Assembly: GCF_032191835.1 (NCBI RefSeq)
Contig: NC_083223.1
Span: 252,340,001 to 252,404,000 of the forward strand
Length of the DNA: 64,000 bases
From: Heteronotia binoei
Lineage: Eukaryota
Direction: 5' to 3'
Shown here: one piece after another, positions 36,384-49,550 of the stretch
Position numbering within the stretch: the stretch's first letter is position 1
Layout of the letters: each line of letters begins with the position of its first letter
Notes under the pieces: generated by a model
What the model saw: the letters and a program-made list of their open reading frames with translations, nothing else
The model's database searches: none
Told to the model about the DNA's origin: nothing
Program-made: the position numbers and the translations under genes

Positions 36384-38125
36384 GTACGGGGATTGCTTAC
36401 CTCTGATGTGCAGAGCTGGTCACGTGACTTTGCCCCATGTGAGAGGGTGAGGAAGCTGTCTGTATAGGAGCTCTGTTTTCCATGTCACAAGGCTGCAGTC
36501 CTTATTTGGACTTGGACTTGCTTCCAAGTAAGGAAGTGTAAATAAGAAGAAAGGAAGAGCTCTGCTGGATCAGACCACTGGTCCGTCTAGTCCAGCATCC
36601 TGTCCCACACAGTGGCCAACCAGTTCCTCTCAAGGGCCAGTAACAGGACATAGAGGCCAAAGTCTTCCCCTGACAAACATAATACAGGAAGAGCCCTGCT
36701 GGATCACACCAGTGGTCCAGCTTCCTGTCTTGCATAGTGGCCAACCAGTTTCTCTGGACAGCCAACAACAGGGCATAGAGGCCGAGGCCTTCCCCTGACG
36801 TTGACTCCTGGCTCTGGGATTCAGAGGTTGACTGCCTCTGAACACAGAGGTTTCCCAGTTCCCATGGCTAGTAGCCACTGATAGACCTCTCCTCCATGAA
36901 TCTATCTAATCCTTTTAAAGCTGTCCATCACTACATGCTCTGGCAACAAATTCCACATTTTAATCACTCCCTGTGTTAAGAATTTCCTTTTTTCATCTTG
37001 AGTCTACTGTCTGTTGACTTTCTCTCTCCTTTTGAGGTATCTGGGCCTACCTCTCGCCTTAATGAATGGTCCTTTTTTGTGAGCACTGAAGTGTGGATAA
37101 ATAACACAGGGAGCATCCCTCTGATGAAGGCTCAGACCCAAACAATGCACATTTCATAGAATCAAAGAGTTGGAAGGGACCTCCAGGGTCATCTAGTCCA
37201 ACCCCCTGCACAATGCTCTCCTTTCTTGGAGGTTTTAAAGAGGCTAGATGGCCATCTGACAGCAATGAAGATCCTGTGAATTTAGGGGGAGGTATTTGTG
37301 AGTTTCCTGCATTGTCTAGATGACCCTGGAGGTCCCTTTCAACTCTATGATTCTATGAAATGTGCATTGTCTGAGTCTGAGCCTTCATCAGAGGGATGCT
37401 GCCTGTGTTCATTTCCAGATGTACCATCTTCTTTCCAAGGTGGGGGAGGTGAGGTACTGCTTCTGGATGACGGCGGCTGAGACTGGCCTTGGCTCCCTGT
37501 TGTCTGTATGGAACTGGCAACATTGCTAAACCATCTCTGCTCCCCTGAGGACATTTTAAAAAATCAATCCTGCTTTTAAAACAGAGTTCTTAATTGCGTA
37601 GATGTTCTTTTTGCATTATTTTTAAAGGGTGCTGCTTGCACGGGTGGCACATACCTGTGGTCCCCCCCCCCATATATGGATGAAAACTGAATGCGGGTTG
37701 GAGGAGAAAAATATGAGGCAGAGTCCTGCTTTAGAGGCACATCTGTACTCACCTTAATTTGGGGTGTGCCTTTTCCCGCCACCTTTTACGCTTTCTTGTA
37801 CCTGAACAGTAGATTCTGCTCTTACGTGTTTATCAGGGCTTTTTTTTGTAGCTGGAGCTCCTTTGCATATTAGGCCACACCCCTGATGTAGCCAATCCTC
37901 CAAGCGCTTACAATAGGCCCTGTAGGAAGAGCCCTGTAAGCTCTTGGAGGATTGGCTACATCGGGGGGGGGGGGTGTAGCCTAATATGCAAAGGAGTTCC
38001 AGCTACAAAAAAAGGCCCTGTGTGTTTTGATATGAAGTGTGGTCTTTGGGCTGTTGCTGTGAAGAGCTCTGAGCTTGTAGGGCTTGGCTCACCCCTATAC
38101 CTCACTCCTTCCTTCCTGTTTTCAG

Positions 38126-38232
38126 GGGACCCAGATGCAGCCCGTAGGGAGGCTGTGAAGAAGAAGACAGCAGAATACCTGCGGAGGGCTGAGGAGATCT
38201 TTCAGCAGCATCTGAAGCATCTACAACTTTGA
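38126..38232 (+). CDS. SNX15: SNX15 exon 8 to stop (MIT end)
   Basis: DPDAARREAVKKKTAEYLRRAEEIFQQHLKHLQL*. Confidence 0.93.
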
Positions 38233-41200
38233 GAGGTGGCTTCCAAGGCACTCCTGGTGGGCACATGCCAGAGTGGCGTCCATTGCTGAGTTGCTGTCAC
38301 CACCACTGCCTTGGGACGAGACCAACCTGTTCCTTCAGTAGCCACTGCCCTTCTCCTGGCACTGCCTGGCCAGAGCAGACTTGACCCCTCCACTTTCCCT
38401 TGCTGTACTCTCTGTGGGTGGAGGATTTAATCTATGCTGTCCAAAGACATGTTTGTAAACCTTTCCAATGCCCCGTTTTAATTTATACCCATTGCATCTA
38501 CCTTCACTTTGGATGTTCACTCTGTGAGGCGGGGATGTGGGAGAAGTGGAGTAGGTCACTCACTTAGTTGGGACTGGGAGATGATATGAGCACTGTAGCA
38601 CCCGGATCCTAAATACTGGGACAGCAAAGGGAGGTTTCCCTGTTCCTGCAATCTCCTTCCTCTCGGTTTAAAGTAGAAAACCGAAGATCAAACTTGCTTT
38701 TTGCCAAGAGTGGAGCTGCTGAATCAAGGTTTGTATCTGGAGCTATTGAAACCCAGAATCTCCCTCCGTACATGGAACTGCTTTACACAAAATGAGAGCA
38801 TTGGTTCATCACAGTCAGTATTGTCTGCTCAGTCTGGCAACAACTCTCCAGAGTCTTAGGTAGAGGCTTTTCATATCAACTACTGCCTGGTTCTTGTAAC
38901 TGCAGATTTCGGAGACCGAATTTGTGACCTTCTGCATGCACAGCAGATGCTTTTCTACTGAACCACAGCACCAGGTAGAATGAAATTAATTAGCATTAGG
39001 CTTAAAACAGATAAAAGGAAGTCTTTCTTCACTCAAAGAATAATTGACATATGGAATTCACTGCCACAGGAAGTAGTGGCAGCTACAAGCATAGACAGCT
39101 TCAAGACATGGAATAGAAGTCCATTAGTGGCTATTAGCTACAAGGTATAGATGCAGCTCTATCTGGGGCAGTATTCTTGGTGCCTGGGGGGCAACAGTGG
39201 GAGGGATTCTGGAGTTCTGGCACTGCTGGTGGAACTTCTGATGGCACCACTGCCCCCCAGGCAGTACTAGATGAGTCATTGGCCTGATCCAACATGGCTT
39301 CTCTTATTTTCTTATAAGCACCAGGGTTAGAGAGCTTACTTTCGGTGTGGCGTGGCGTGAAATCATCCACCCCATTTCCTTTGCCTATAACTTAACAGCC
39401 TACAAGCCATACGGCAGAGTATTTTATAAGTGGTTTGTAGCTGCATAGATAAATACAGCTAAGTCACGTGTGCAGTTTTAAAATCTTGCCTGACAATAAT
39501 ATCTTTAGTTTCTCTTGTTCTGAAATATTCTGTAGATGATCAATCCAGGGAGTAATATATTGGTTACACAGTGAAATATAAGGGAGAAAAGTAAAGATCC
39601 ACCCCGCTTGGAGAGAAGCAAAAAAAAAAAAAAATCCATTGTGTGTTGTACCTGTGAGATGCTTCATCAACAGAGTAATAATTGAGTCTATTAGCACTAA
39701 CACGATTTCTAGAATATAAACTTTTAAAGAGTCAAAGTTCCTTTTGTCAGATACCCTGGAAATCTTGGTGGTCTTTAGAGTGCTAATGCCAGAGCTGGCT
39801 CATGGAAGTAGGCCGGGTAGGCGGCTGCTTAGGGCGCCACCCTACCTGGTGGCACTGCTGGGCGCTCCCCCCATGAGCTGGGCCGGGGCTCTGGTCCCAT
39901 GCGTCTTGCAAGGCATGCGGGAGACAACCACCGGCTCCCCACTCCCATCAGCAGAGGAAGGGGCTTGCGTCCCATGTGCCTTATGAGGTGGGTGGGAGGC
40001 GACCGCAGGTTCCCCCGCCTCCCCCCCCCATCAGCCTTCCTGCATTGCAGGATGCCTGAGCAGGGGACTGGGCTTGCATCTGCTCGTGGAACACAACTGT
40101 CAGCTCCCCTCACCTCCCCTATCAGGAAGCCTGAGGGGGGCTGCTTGATAATGTCACTTTTTGTGATGTCATCGTGCCGTGCGCTTGCAAATGATTTCTT
40201 TCTAAAAGAAGATGGGGGGTGGGGGGCGCTAAGCTTGGGTCTGCCTCCAGTGGCAGAAAACCCAGCGCCGGCCCTGTTTACTGCAGATGAACACAGCTAC
40301 CTGCCTGAAACCACCTTCACCAACAGATGTGCTCAGGGGTCATTTTGTAGAAAAAATAGTTGGTGGAGCTTATTAGCATCACTCATTAGCATATGCCGCC
40401 CCCTCAGCCAAAAGCAACCTGATGCAAGAAAGGAAAGCCCTGGGCGAGCGAGGTCTGCTTGGGCTGGCTAGAGATCCAGCCAACCCAAGCAGGCCTCGCT
40501 CACCTGGGGCTCTCCTTGGCCACCCCGCCCCCCAACACTCAAAAAGTCAGCAAGCCACCTGCCACCCAGAATCACATAAGAAGTGGAGAAAGGGTGTCCT
40601 AGGCTTCTCCAGGGGTTAATGAGGGCTGCTGGGGTGTGACAAAGCCCTTGGTGGCTGCCTGCCTGCCTGCTCTCCTAATCCAGGGATTGTTATGCAGCTG
40701 CACCTACTACTCAATGGACAAGGTAGATGTGGAGGAAGAGGGGGAACCCTCAGAAAGGCTCAGGAGCTTTGCTCCTGTGAGCTCCTACTGAATCCAAGGC
40801 TTGGATGTGCTCCATTTTGCTTCCCCGTTTCCACTGTTTTGTCAGTGATCCCTAGAAGGATACAATAAGGATAGATGGCACAGTCCCATACGTGTTGACT
40901 CAGAATTACATCCCACTAAGTACAACAGCAGTTAACAAGAAAAGAAAAAAATAAGTACAACAGCAGTTACTCCCCTGCAAATTGTGCTCAGGGCTGTAGC
41001 CAGAGGAAGAATCTTGCAGAAAGCTCCTTGTTCACAAACATTCAGCTTAAGGACAATGATGCAAGGGATGATCAGTGCTGAGGAGGCCAGCGAACCAGCT
41101 GTCTGAGCTTCCAGCACCAACGCTCCCTTCTGACTGGCTCCCACTTGCAGCTCCTCCAGAAAAGCTGAATTACATTCCATCAACACTGGATAGAATCAGT

Positions 41201-41731
41201 GTGCTTTGTGTTTGGGGGTAGAATCATATGACAGCTGACTCATGTAGCTTCTGGCTGCAGAGAGTAGCATTCAGCTGCTATTGTTAAAAAGAGATTCCAG
41301 GGAAGGGAGGGGGTGGAAGCTACAATGAGGCTTCCAGCAACACAATGCAGCCGGTTTTATGGTCAACACAGAGAGCCTTTGCATACTTTCTCTATGTAAC
41401 CTCTTGTATTATGTGAGTGCATTTTAGATGGCAGGAGGGATCGCCTTAGCAGCATATTCCAAAGGACGCATCTCAATTTTCACATACTCCCAAGCAATTT
41501 TAACACTGATAGCAGGTGGCTCTGGAGTAGAAGGTGTTGTTATGGTGGGAGCAAAACAACCCCTGAACGATTCCAGTGGGATATGTGATGTCCTTTTTGC
41601 AAAAATATAAACCTTAACCGCTACTGTTTTCACCACCAGTGTGTTTTAAACTCTCTTTTAAAAAACATCTGCAAGGGAGTGGCTTTCCAGTTAAGCCAGG
41701 ACCTTTTTTTTTTTAACAGGGGGCTTATGAC

Positions 41732-41925
41732 CAGTGTTCCCTCTAAGCTGAGTTCATGTGAGTTAACTCACAATTTTTTAGCCTCTGGTTCGCACATTTT
41801 TTGTCTAGCTCGGGAAAGATAGCTCCAGAGCACACTAATTTATGCAGTAGCTCACAATTTTAATGCCTGTAGCTCACAAAGTAGAATTTTTGCTTACAAG
41901 ACTCCACAGCCTAGAGGGAGCATTG
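41732..41925. mobile_element. hAT MITE (CAGTGTTCCC...GGGAACATTG family); also ~22160-22348, ~33640-33822, 58754-58948
   Basis: TIRs; 8-bp TSD CTTATGAC/CTTATGAT here and TTCCCAAC/TTCTCAAC at the 58.8-kb copy. Confidence 0.85.
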
Positions 41926-43399
41926 CTTATGATGACCCCCATTGGGTTTTCAAAGGGATGGACAGAGGTAGTTTGCCCTTGCCTGCCTCTGCGCAGCAAC
42001 CCTGGCCTTTCTTGGAAGTCTTAGTTTCCAAGAGTTGATGTGACTGAGCAATCCGTGATCATTCCTGGGTCTGGTTTTTAGCAATCTACTGTAAAGCATG
42101 AATTCTGTTATGAATACCCATTTTCCTTCTGCCCTTCTTCCAAAGAGCTCAGAATGGTGTGTATGGTTTTCCCTTCACTGTGTCATGTCCACAACAATCC
42201 TGTGAGGCAGATTAAGCAGAGAGCCAGTTTGGTGTAGTGGTTAAGTGTGCGGACTCTTATCTGGGAGAACTGGGTTTGATTCCCCACTCCTCCACTTGCA
42301 CCTGCTGGCATGGCCTTGGGTCAGCCAGAGCTCTGGCAGAGGTTGTCCTTGAAAGGGCAGCTGCTGTGAGAGCCCTCTCCAGCCCCACCCACCTCACAGG
42401 GTGTCTGTTGTGGGGGAGGAAGGTAAAGGAGATTGTGAGCCGCTCTGAGACTCTTTGGAGTGGAGGGCGGGATATAAATCCAATATCTTCTTCTTCTTCT
42501 TAAGTGGCTGGCTCAAGGTTGCCTAGCAAGTTTCATGGCAGATTGGGGAGGAGGACTTGAACTGGAGTCTCTGAGAATAACATTCTTAACTATTATGCCT
42601 CTAAGAGTTGTCCAATGAATATGAAATCTATAACAGAATTTCCTAGTTGAGGCAGACTAGCAGCCATGATTTCAGAAAGGCTAGAAGAAAAATGGGTAAG
42701 AGTCAGGTGCCTGAAAATTTTGGCCTAAGGAATGAGTGTTTGCAAAAAGCCATCTGTTAGCCAATCAGTTGCAATTTGGTGGCAGAAACTGTTTCCGAAA
42801 TGCTGATGAAATACGGGGGTTACAGAATGCTCAAATGCACATGACACGGAATTTGCCTGATGAGAAACAAAGTTATACACAGAGCTTTTTTATCTTTGCA
42901 GAACTAATATGAGTCCTTTATTTAATGAGCTCCATTCTAGCCAGGATAGAGACAGGATTCTAATCTCATTAACTAGCTTTGGATGGGTGGAGGTGCAAGA
43001 TGCATGTCCTGTTCTCATGGTGCCAAGGTGGAGAAGAAGAGTAGAGATAGAAGGTGTCAGCTGGAACGAACAGTTTGATTTGAGTCCCATAGAAACCAAC
43101 AAGAGTTTCAGTGTGTAAACTTTCAAGAGTATAAGCACCCTTTGTGAGACGTGTCTGGTATCTCAGAAACATGGTGAAATGTGTAAAATCTATCGGATAC
43201 AGTCATTCCTGGATATAAGTGCTATAGGCAGGACAGGGAAGTGGAGGTATTATGGGTGGGTGGAGGTGTTACACTGTACATTGAAAAGTGCATAGAATCT
43301 AGTAAGTTAGAAAAGGAGGTGGAAGGGGTTGCTAAAAATATCAAGACAAACATTTTTTAAAAAAATGTATCTGCAGCAGGAAACCAGCCGGAGAAGCAG

Positions 43400-44335
43400 A
43401 AGGGTCTTTGTATGACAAAGGGTTTAAGGGTATTCTAAGGAGAGGATATGGCAGAAAAGCGTAATTACTTTTTTGCTTCTATGTTCACTGTGGAAAGTGT
43501 GGGATACATACTCAGGCCATAGTCAATATTTTCAGGAAGGGAGTTTGAAGAACTAAGCCAGATTGAGGGGACCAGAGATGAAGTTCTAGACCTACTGGTG
43601 AAAAAGGCAAACTCTGTGTTAGGGATTATTAGGAAAGGGATTGAGAATAAAACGTCTGACATTGTAATGCCCCTGTATAGATCTATAGTGCAGCCTTATT
43701 TGGAATACTGTGTACAATTTTGGTCACTGTTATCTCAAAAAGGACATCACAGAGTTGGAAATAGTAAAGAAGAGGGCAACAACGATCAGGGGGTTGGAGA
43801 AGCACCTTCCCTTTGAAGAAAGGCTGAGGAGTCTGAGACTTTTCAGTGTAGAAGAGAGACAACTAAAGGGGGGCATGATAGAGGTTTATAAAATTATGCA
43901 TGGGTAGAGAGATTTGACAGAAATTTTTCTTTCTCTCCCAAAAATACTAGAACTCAAGGGCATCCAGTGAACCTGATGGGCAGTAGATTCAGGACAGACG
44001 AAAGGAAATACTTTTTAATATAAAGAGTGATTAAAATGTGGAATTCACTGCCTAACCCTAACCACAGGAATAGTTTTTTAAAAGTATTCGATAGATTCAT
44101 GGAGGAGAGTTCTACAAGTAGGCTACTAGCCATGGTGACTGAGGAAGGCCTCCACATTCAGAGGCTCAAATCCTCTGAATCCCAGAGCAAAAGAGGCAAC
44201 GTCAGGGGAAGGCTTTGGTCTCTGTGCCCTGTTCTTGACCCTCCAGTAGAATTGGTTGGCCATGTCCACTGTGTGAATCAGAATGCTGGACAAGATGGGC
44301 AATTGGTCTCATCCAGCAGGGCTCTTCTTATGTGC
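43400..44335 (+). mobile_element. CR1 LINE 3' portion
   Basis: KKANSVLGIIRKGIENK...LYRSIVQPYLEYCVQFWS; ends agggctcttcttatgt; same 3' end at ~6845-7005, ~13560-13875, ~36540-36960, ~39040-39320, ~46300-46620, ~55735-55920. Confidence 0.85.
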
Positions 44336-47196
44336 TACTGCAGTGCAGACCTACACAGCTACCATCTGAAACAAATTGGAAGGAAGGAATATTCCCTGAG
44401 AGCAGCAATCTACATGTCAAAGATATAATTTCAGAGCTGTAGAAGGGAAGGTCTTGATTTATTTGCCTCTTGGGTTCTCTACAGTGCCTCTCTGAATTCT
44501 GTGGCAAAGAGACAATGCAAAGTCCTTAGAATCAAAGTTGGAAGGGACCCCAGGGTCATCTAGTCCAACCCCCTGCACAATGCAGGAAATTTACAATGGC
44601 TCCCCCTAAATTCACAGGATCTGCATTGCTATCAGATGGCCATCTAGCTTCTGTTTAAAAACCTCCAAGGAAGGAGAGCCCACCACCTTCTGAGGAAGGC
44701 TGTTCCACTGAGGAACCGCTCTGACTGTCAGGAAGTTCTTCCTAATGTTGAACCGGAAACACTTTTGATGTAATTTCAACTCATTGGTTTTGGTCCTACC
44801 TTCTGGGGCTTGCCTTCTCCTTCTGTTCAATATTCCTTCTACTCACTATTTCTTCTCCTTCATTATTTCTAAAATTTGATGGCAACTTTGATGTGGATTG
44901 GAGAAATCTAGACACTTAAAGACTTAACTTTTTACTGAACTGTGAAAGAAGGCTGAACATCTTAACAGTGCCCTCTCGTGGTGATTTTGAGGGCTATGCG
45001 GTGGATGGATCACTATACAGAGCTCTCTTCACAGTCACCAGAGACCCGTCTCTCTTTCTCATGCCAGGCAAGAGAGAGAGCTCCAGTCCTCTGCCCTGCA
45101 TTACAAAGGTTTGGGAGGCCAGCTACACATCAGCTTCTGCACAGGAAGGATGGTGGTCCTCTCCTCTCATCCAGTACCAAAAGCATCCCATGATGGGATG
45201 AAAGCCTTTCAATCCAGCAACAGGATGGCTGAAACAGCACCCTGGATTGTAAGCACGTGCAACAACTTGCTGGAACATAGTCTGCGTACAAAGTAAGTCA
45301 TTAGGAAAGCTGCTCTTTTTTAATGTGACACTGGACATTCACAATGTTTGTTGCTGTGAAAATGCAGCTACCTGTTATGCAAGCAACAGGTTGAAACTCG
45401 TTCAAACCCTAACAGCCCAACAGACAGGAAATATAAAAAGGGCTGTTTTGCATAGCAGTTGCAATTCTAGCCACTCTCAGCACTGAGAGTTCAAACTGGA
45501 ATCCTGCAAGGACTCTGTCTCACCCAAGGACCATCTTCCCTCTCCATGATCTTCAAGGAATCCTGGACCACAACCTCTCTTCTTGTCAGACAAACAAAGT
45601 ATATTTTACATTCTCATCTTTTATTTCCCATTTAGGCAGAACCTGCTCCCACCCCACTATTTTTATATAGGACTAGATTGTGCACTGGCTTCCTCTGGGT
45701 GTATATGATTTTCTGCTAGACCAACTGCTTGGTTTGGATTGACTTTATTCTGTCCCTTTTATTCTAAATAAAATAGTAGTATTTAAATGGTCTTTGCCTC
45801 CTGCCGTTTTTGAGAACACAGTGCCAAGGTTGACCCATGTTACATAGGCTTAAAATCCTCACCCCACAAAAAAACCACAGACTGCTTTAAGTGCACTTAA
45901 GAAAGGAGAAGACTGCAGATTTATACTCTGCCTTCTCTCTGAATCAGAGACTCAGAGTGGCTTACAATCTCCTATATCTTCTCCCCCCACAACAGGCACC
46001 TTGTGAGGTGGGTGGGGCTGAGAGGGCTCTTGCAGCAGCTGCCCTTTCAAGGACAACCTTTGCCAGAGCTATGGCTGACCCAAGGCCATTCCAGCAGCTT
46101 TAAGTGGATGAGGGGAAACAAATCTGATTCTCCCAGATAAGAGTCTGCACACTTAACCACTACACCAAACTGGCATGTACCTGGATACAAGGAGCAGTTT
46201 GTTAAACTGTATATAAAAGGTAACTAGTAAAGAAGAAAAAAATGAAGTATGAAAAATCTGTCAAAATAAAAAAGCAATGTATTTTTTTAAAAGATGCAGA
46301 TAAGAACGTGCATTGTAAGAGAAGCCATGTTGGATCAGGCCAATGGCCTATTCAGTTCAAAACTCTGTGTAACAGTGGCCAGAAATCAGGTGCCATCAGA
46401 AGGTCCACCAGCAAGGCCAGAACTCCAAAAGCCGTCCCACTGTTGCCCTCCAAGCACCAAGAATACAGAGCATCACTGCCCCAGACATAATAGTGTTCCA
46501 TTTATACCTTGTGGCTAATAGCTACTGATGGACCTCTGCTCCATATATTTATCCAGTCCCCTCCTGCAGTTGTCTAAGCTTGTGGCTACTATCACTTCAA
46601 GAGGGGATTGGATAAACAAATGGAGCAGATAGAGTCAAGTGGGTACTCAAGAGTGACTGAGGCAACAGAACAAAGTTTGAGTCCAGTAGACCTTTAAGAC
46701 CAACAAAGATTAATCCTGACACTTCATCGTCCTGTACCAGATGAAGTGTGCTTAGAGAGCACACAAAAGCTTACGTTCTGAATTAAACTAAGTTGGTCTT
46801 AAAGGTGCAACTTGACTATTTTGTTCTGCTTTTTCATATTATAACACAAGGAGTTCTGTTCTGGTGTGCCTGTCCCAGTTAGACACAACAGGCAAGGTTC
46901 TTATTAGTAACAGGAGAAAAATTTATTCAAATAAAAAGAAAAGCCAGCAGAAACGGCACAGCAATTCGCAGACTAAGGAAAAATGCTGCCCTTATATAAT
47001 ACACAACATCTGTCAATCATTTCTGAGCAGCCTCAAGGAACCATATTTCATTTCATTAAATATATAACATTGTTTACCAGTCACTTGAACCACACAGTAG
47101 GAGCAAAAGTATTAGCAAAAGACCAGGTGGTGCTGTTGGCCCAGATGTCATTATAGAGCTACATCTTTGTTCAAGTTATATTAAATGCTGCACACC

Positions 47197-47395
47197 CAGG
47201 GCTTTTTTTGAGCAGGAACGCACAGGAATGCCATTCCGGCTGGCTTGGCATCAGGGGGTGTGGCCTAATATGCAAAGGAGTTTCTGCTGGGCTTATTCTA
47301 CAAAAAAGCCCTATACAAAACAATGGTGATGTCAGGGGGTGTGGCCTAATATGAAAATGAGTTCCTGCTGGGCCTTTTCTACAAAAAAAGCCCTG
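47197..47395. mobile_element. hAT MITE inside the ERV 3' LTR region
   Basis: Exact 8-bp TSD TGCACACC (47189-47196, 47396-47403). Confidence 0.9.
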
Positions 47396-47763
47396 TGCAC
47401 ACCCAACAATCAGTTACACTTAGGAGGTGTACCATGAGAAGAACTGATTATCTACATAGATTATCTTTCCATCCATTATGAAAACCAATTTCTGAAGACT
47501 CATTGGTAGCCCTTATCCAGCCACAGCATGAAAAGGTAATCCCTTGTGCAAGCACCAGTCTGTGGTGACGCCGCATCACGACATTTTCATGACAAACTGA
47601 CATAATGAACACAGATTTCAAAAAATGGCTTTAAACTGCCCTCCCCTTTTATTCCATTGGGGGTTTATAAACAAATAGGGTTTCCTTGGGCACAACAAGA
47701 TGCTGTTAATCTTCTATTTTCTTCTACAACTCCTAACAAATCTCAAGCTTAAATTTCAATTAA

Positions 47764-48062
47764 AAAGGTAAAGTAAAGGCAGTCCCCTGTGAAAGCACCA
47801 GTCATTTCCAACTCTGAGGTGACGTTGCTTTCACAACAATTTCACAGCAGACTTTTTACAGGGTGGTTTGCCATGGCCTTCCCCAGTCATCTACACTTCC
47901 CCCCAGCAAGCTGGGTACTCATTTTATCGACCTCGGAAGGATGGAAGGCTGAGTCAACCTGAGCTGACTACCTGAAACCAGCTTCCGCCGGGATCAAACT
48001 CAGGTTGTGAGCAGAGAGTTCAGACTGCAGTACTGCAGCTTTACCACTCTGCGCCACAGGAC
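47764..48062 (-). mobile_element. Sauria-type SINE inside the ERV 3' region
   Basis: Matches the other copies. Confidence 0.9.
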
Positions 48063-48489
48063 TCATTAAATTTCAATTACTTTATGGCTAAGTGGGCCCC
48101 TCTCAACTATTTCTAATCAAACGTGTGGACACATGATTTTCTACCAAACCCCCTTAGGCTACCCCCTCTCCTATAGGTCAATATCCCATTTAGGGTCTGG
48201 TATTTTCCCCAGCATTGCCACATCATGTAATAAATATATCCTCTGACCATCCCAGTACCAATCTGTGCCAATGGATATGGGTTTATCCTTACATCTTGTT
48301 TCTATTCTTCTGCTTCTCCAACTGAACCCAATAATGTGCACACACAAACTGGTTTTTCCAAGCTTTCCAGAATCCTCACACCCAGCCCCCAAATAATTTA
48401 ATATACTGGTCCCATTTCAGTTGGGCTGGATCCTTCTGAATAGAGAGTGTAAGTCACTGAGGGAATCTGTGCTCCAGGACTTGTCTGCC

Positions 48490-48925
48490 TCAGCCCTGTT
48501 GGCTTGAGATGGATCTTCCACTCAACAGGCTTCTTTGCCCTGATAGGATGAATCCACACAGGCTGACCCTCAACCTTAACTGCACTGTGAGACACTAGCA
48601 AGACCTAGACTAGTCATTTTCACTCTAGCTGGAGAGGTTTCGTGCCTTCACATAAACCCAATCACTGGCTGAAAAGAATGGACTGGAGCATCAAAGTGGT
48701 AAGGGCTGCTGGACAATGGCAAACCTGTGAAGGGAAGACGGACAAAACTGCAAAGCAATCACGTTTCTTTGACACAGCATCTCCAACATTTAAAGTCACC
48801 CTCCCCTTGGGTTTTAATATAGGAAAAGGGGACATCCAAAAGCCGTTTCAAAAGGAGATAACCCTAACTTCCCTTTGGAGCTGTCCAAATTCAAGTTGGT
48901 GCCAAAGTCAAAGTCTGTGGTGAAG
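48490..48925 (-). pseudogene. Retroviral integrase C-terminal remnant
   Basis: With frameshifts: PQTLTLAPT*IWTAPKG/KLGLSPFETAFGCP, DAPVHSFQP/DWVYVK, AVKVEGQPVWIHPIRAK. Confidence 0.85.
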
Positions 48926-48934
48926 TCATGCGTG

Positions 48935-49550
48935 TTTCATTGTGCTTGAAGATTTCTTCTTGGCTGAAATAATAAGGCTCTGTATAACTTGAGAGTAGCA
49001 AAGTCATTCAGAGACTGCCAAAGAGGCGCCATATCAGAGTAGCAGCAGAACTTTGATTCTTCCTGAAAACTCTCTGATGTGGTGTTTCAAAATAAACAAG
49101 GATGAGCCGAGGCTTTGCATTTGGGCAGTCTCTGTGCTGTCTCATTCAAGGTGCAAATTGTATTTTAACAGAATGCTGCCTTTCCAAAATCCCATTTTCT
49201 TTGTTAAAACTCTGTATACAGTATTTTCAAAATTCTCTTCAGGCACATCTAAAAACCTGAGACGTGTTTTGCTTCCTGCATACCCTATTTGTTTAATGTA
49301 GTCATAAATGCCATGAGTTTCTCTTCTTGACTGTACAAACCCTGTTTGCAATTGTTCAATTTCACTCCACACTACTGGAGATTTCATCAATGGATTGTTT
49401 CAAGGCACTGACATGCCGCCTTAGTTCAAAGAGTTCCATTTCAATTTGACTGATTCCCTGAAGTTCCTTAAAGATCATTTCCATAACATCATGGGTTTGG
49501 CTGATACAACCTGCTGAACCTGTTGAACTTCAAAGGTGTTTAACTTCTGA
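48935..49550 (-). pseudogene. LINE-1 ORF1p-like (Transposase_22-type) coiled-coil/RRM/CTD remnant
   Basis: Heptad-like [35 protein letters not shown], then [19 protein letters not shown]...[17 protein letters not shown]; recognised by motif pattern only. Confidence 0.6.

Noticed and set aside
41424-41636. Protein-looking minus ORF (…WEYVKIEMRPLEYAAKAIPPAI)
   Set aside because: Isolated, no partner exons or recognisable homolog; cannot be supported
44968-45296. Exon-like stretch ending in AAA|GTAAGT
   Set aside because: No continuous frame, acceptor or recognisable product; may be an old repeat
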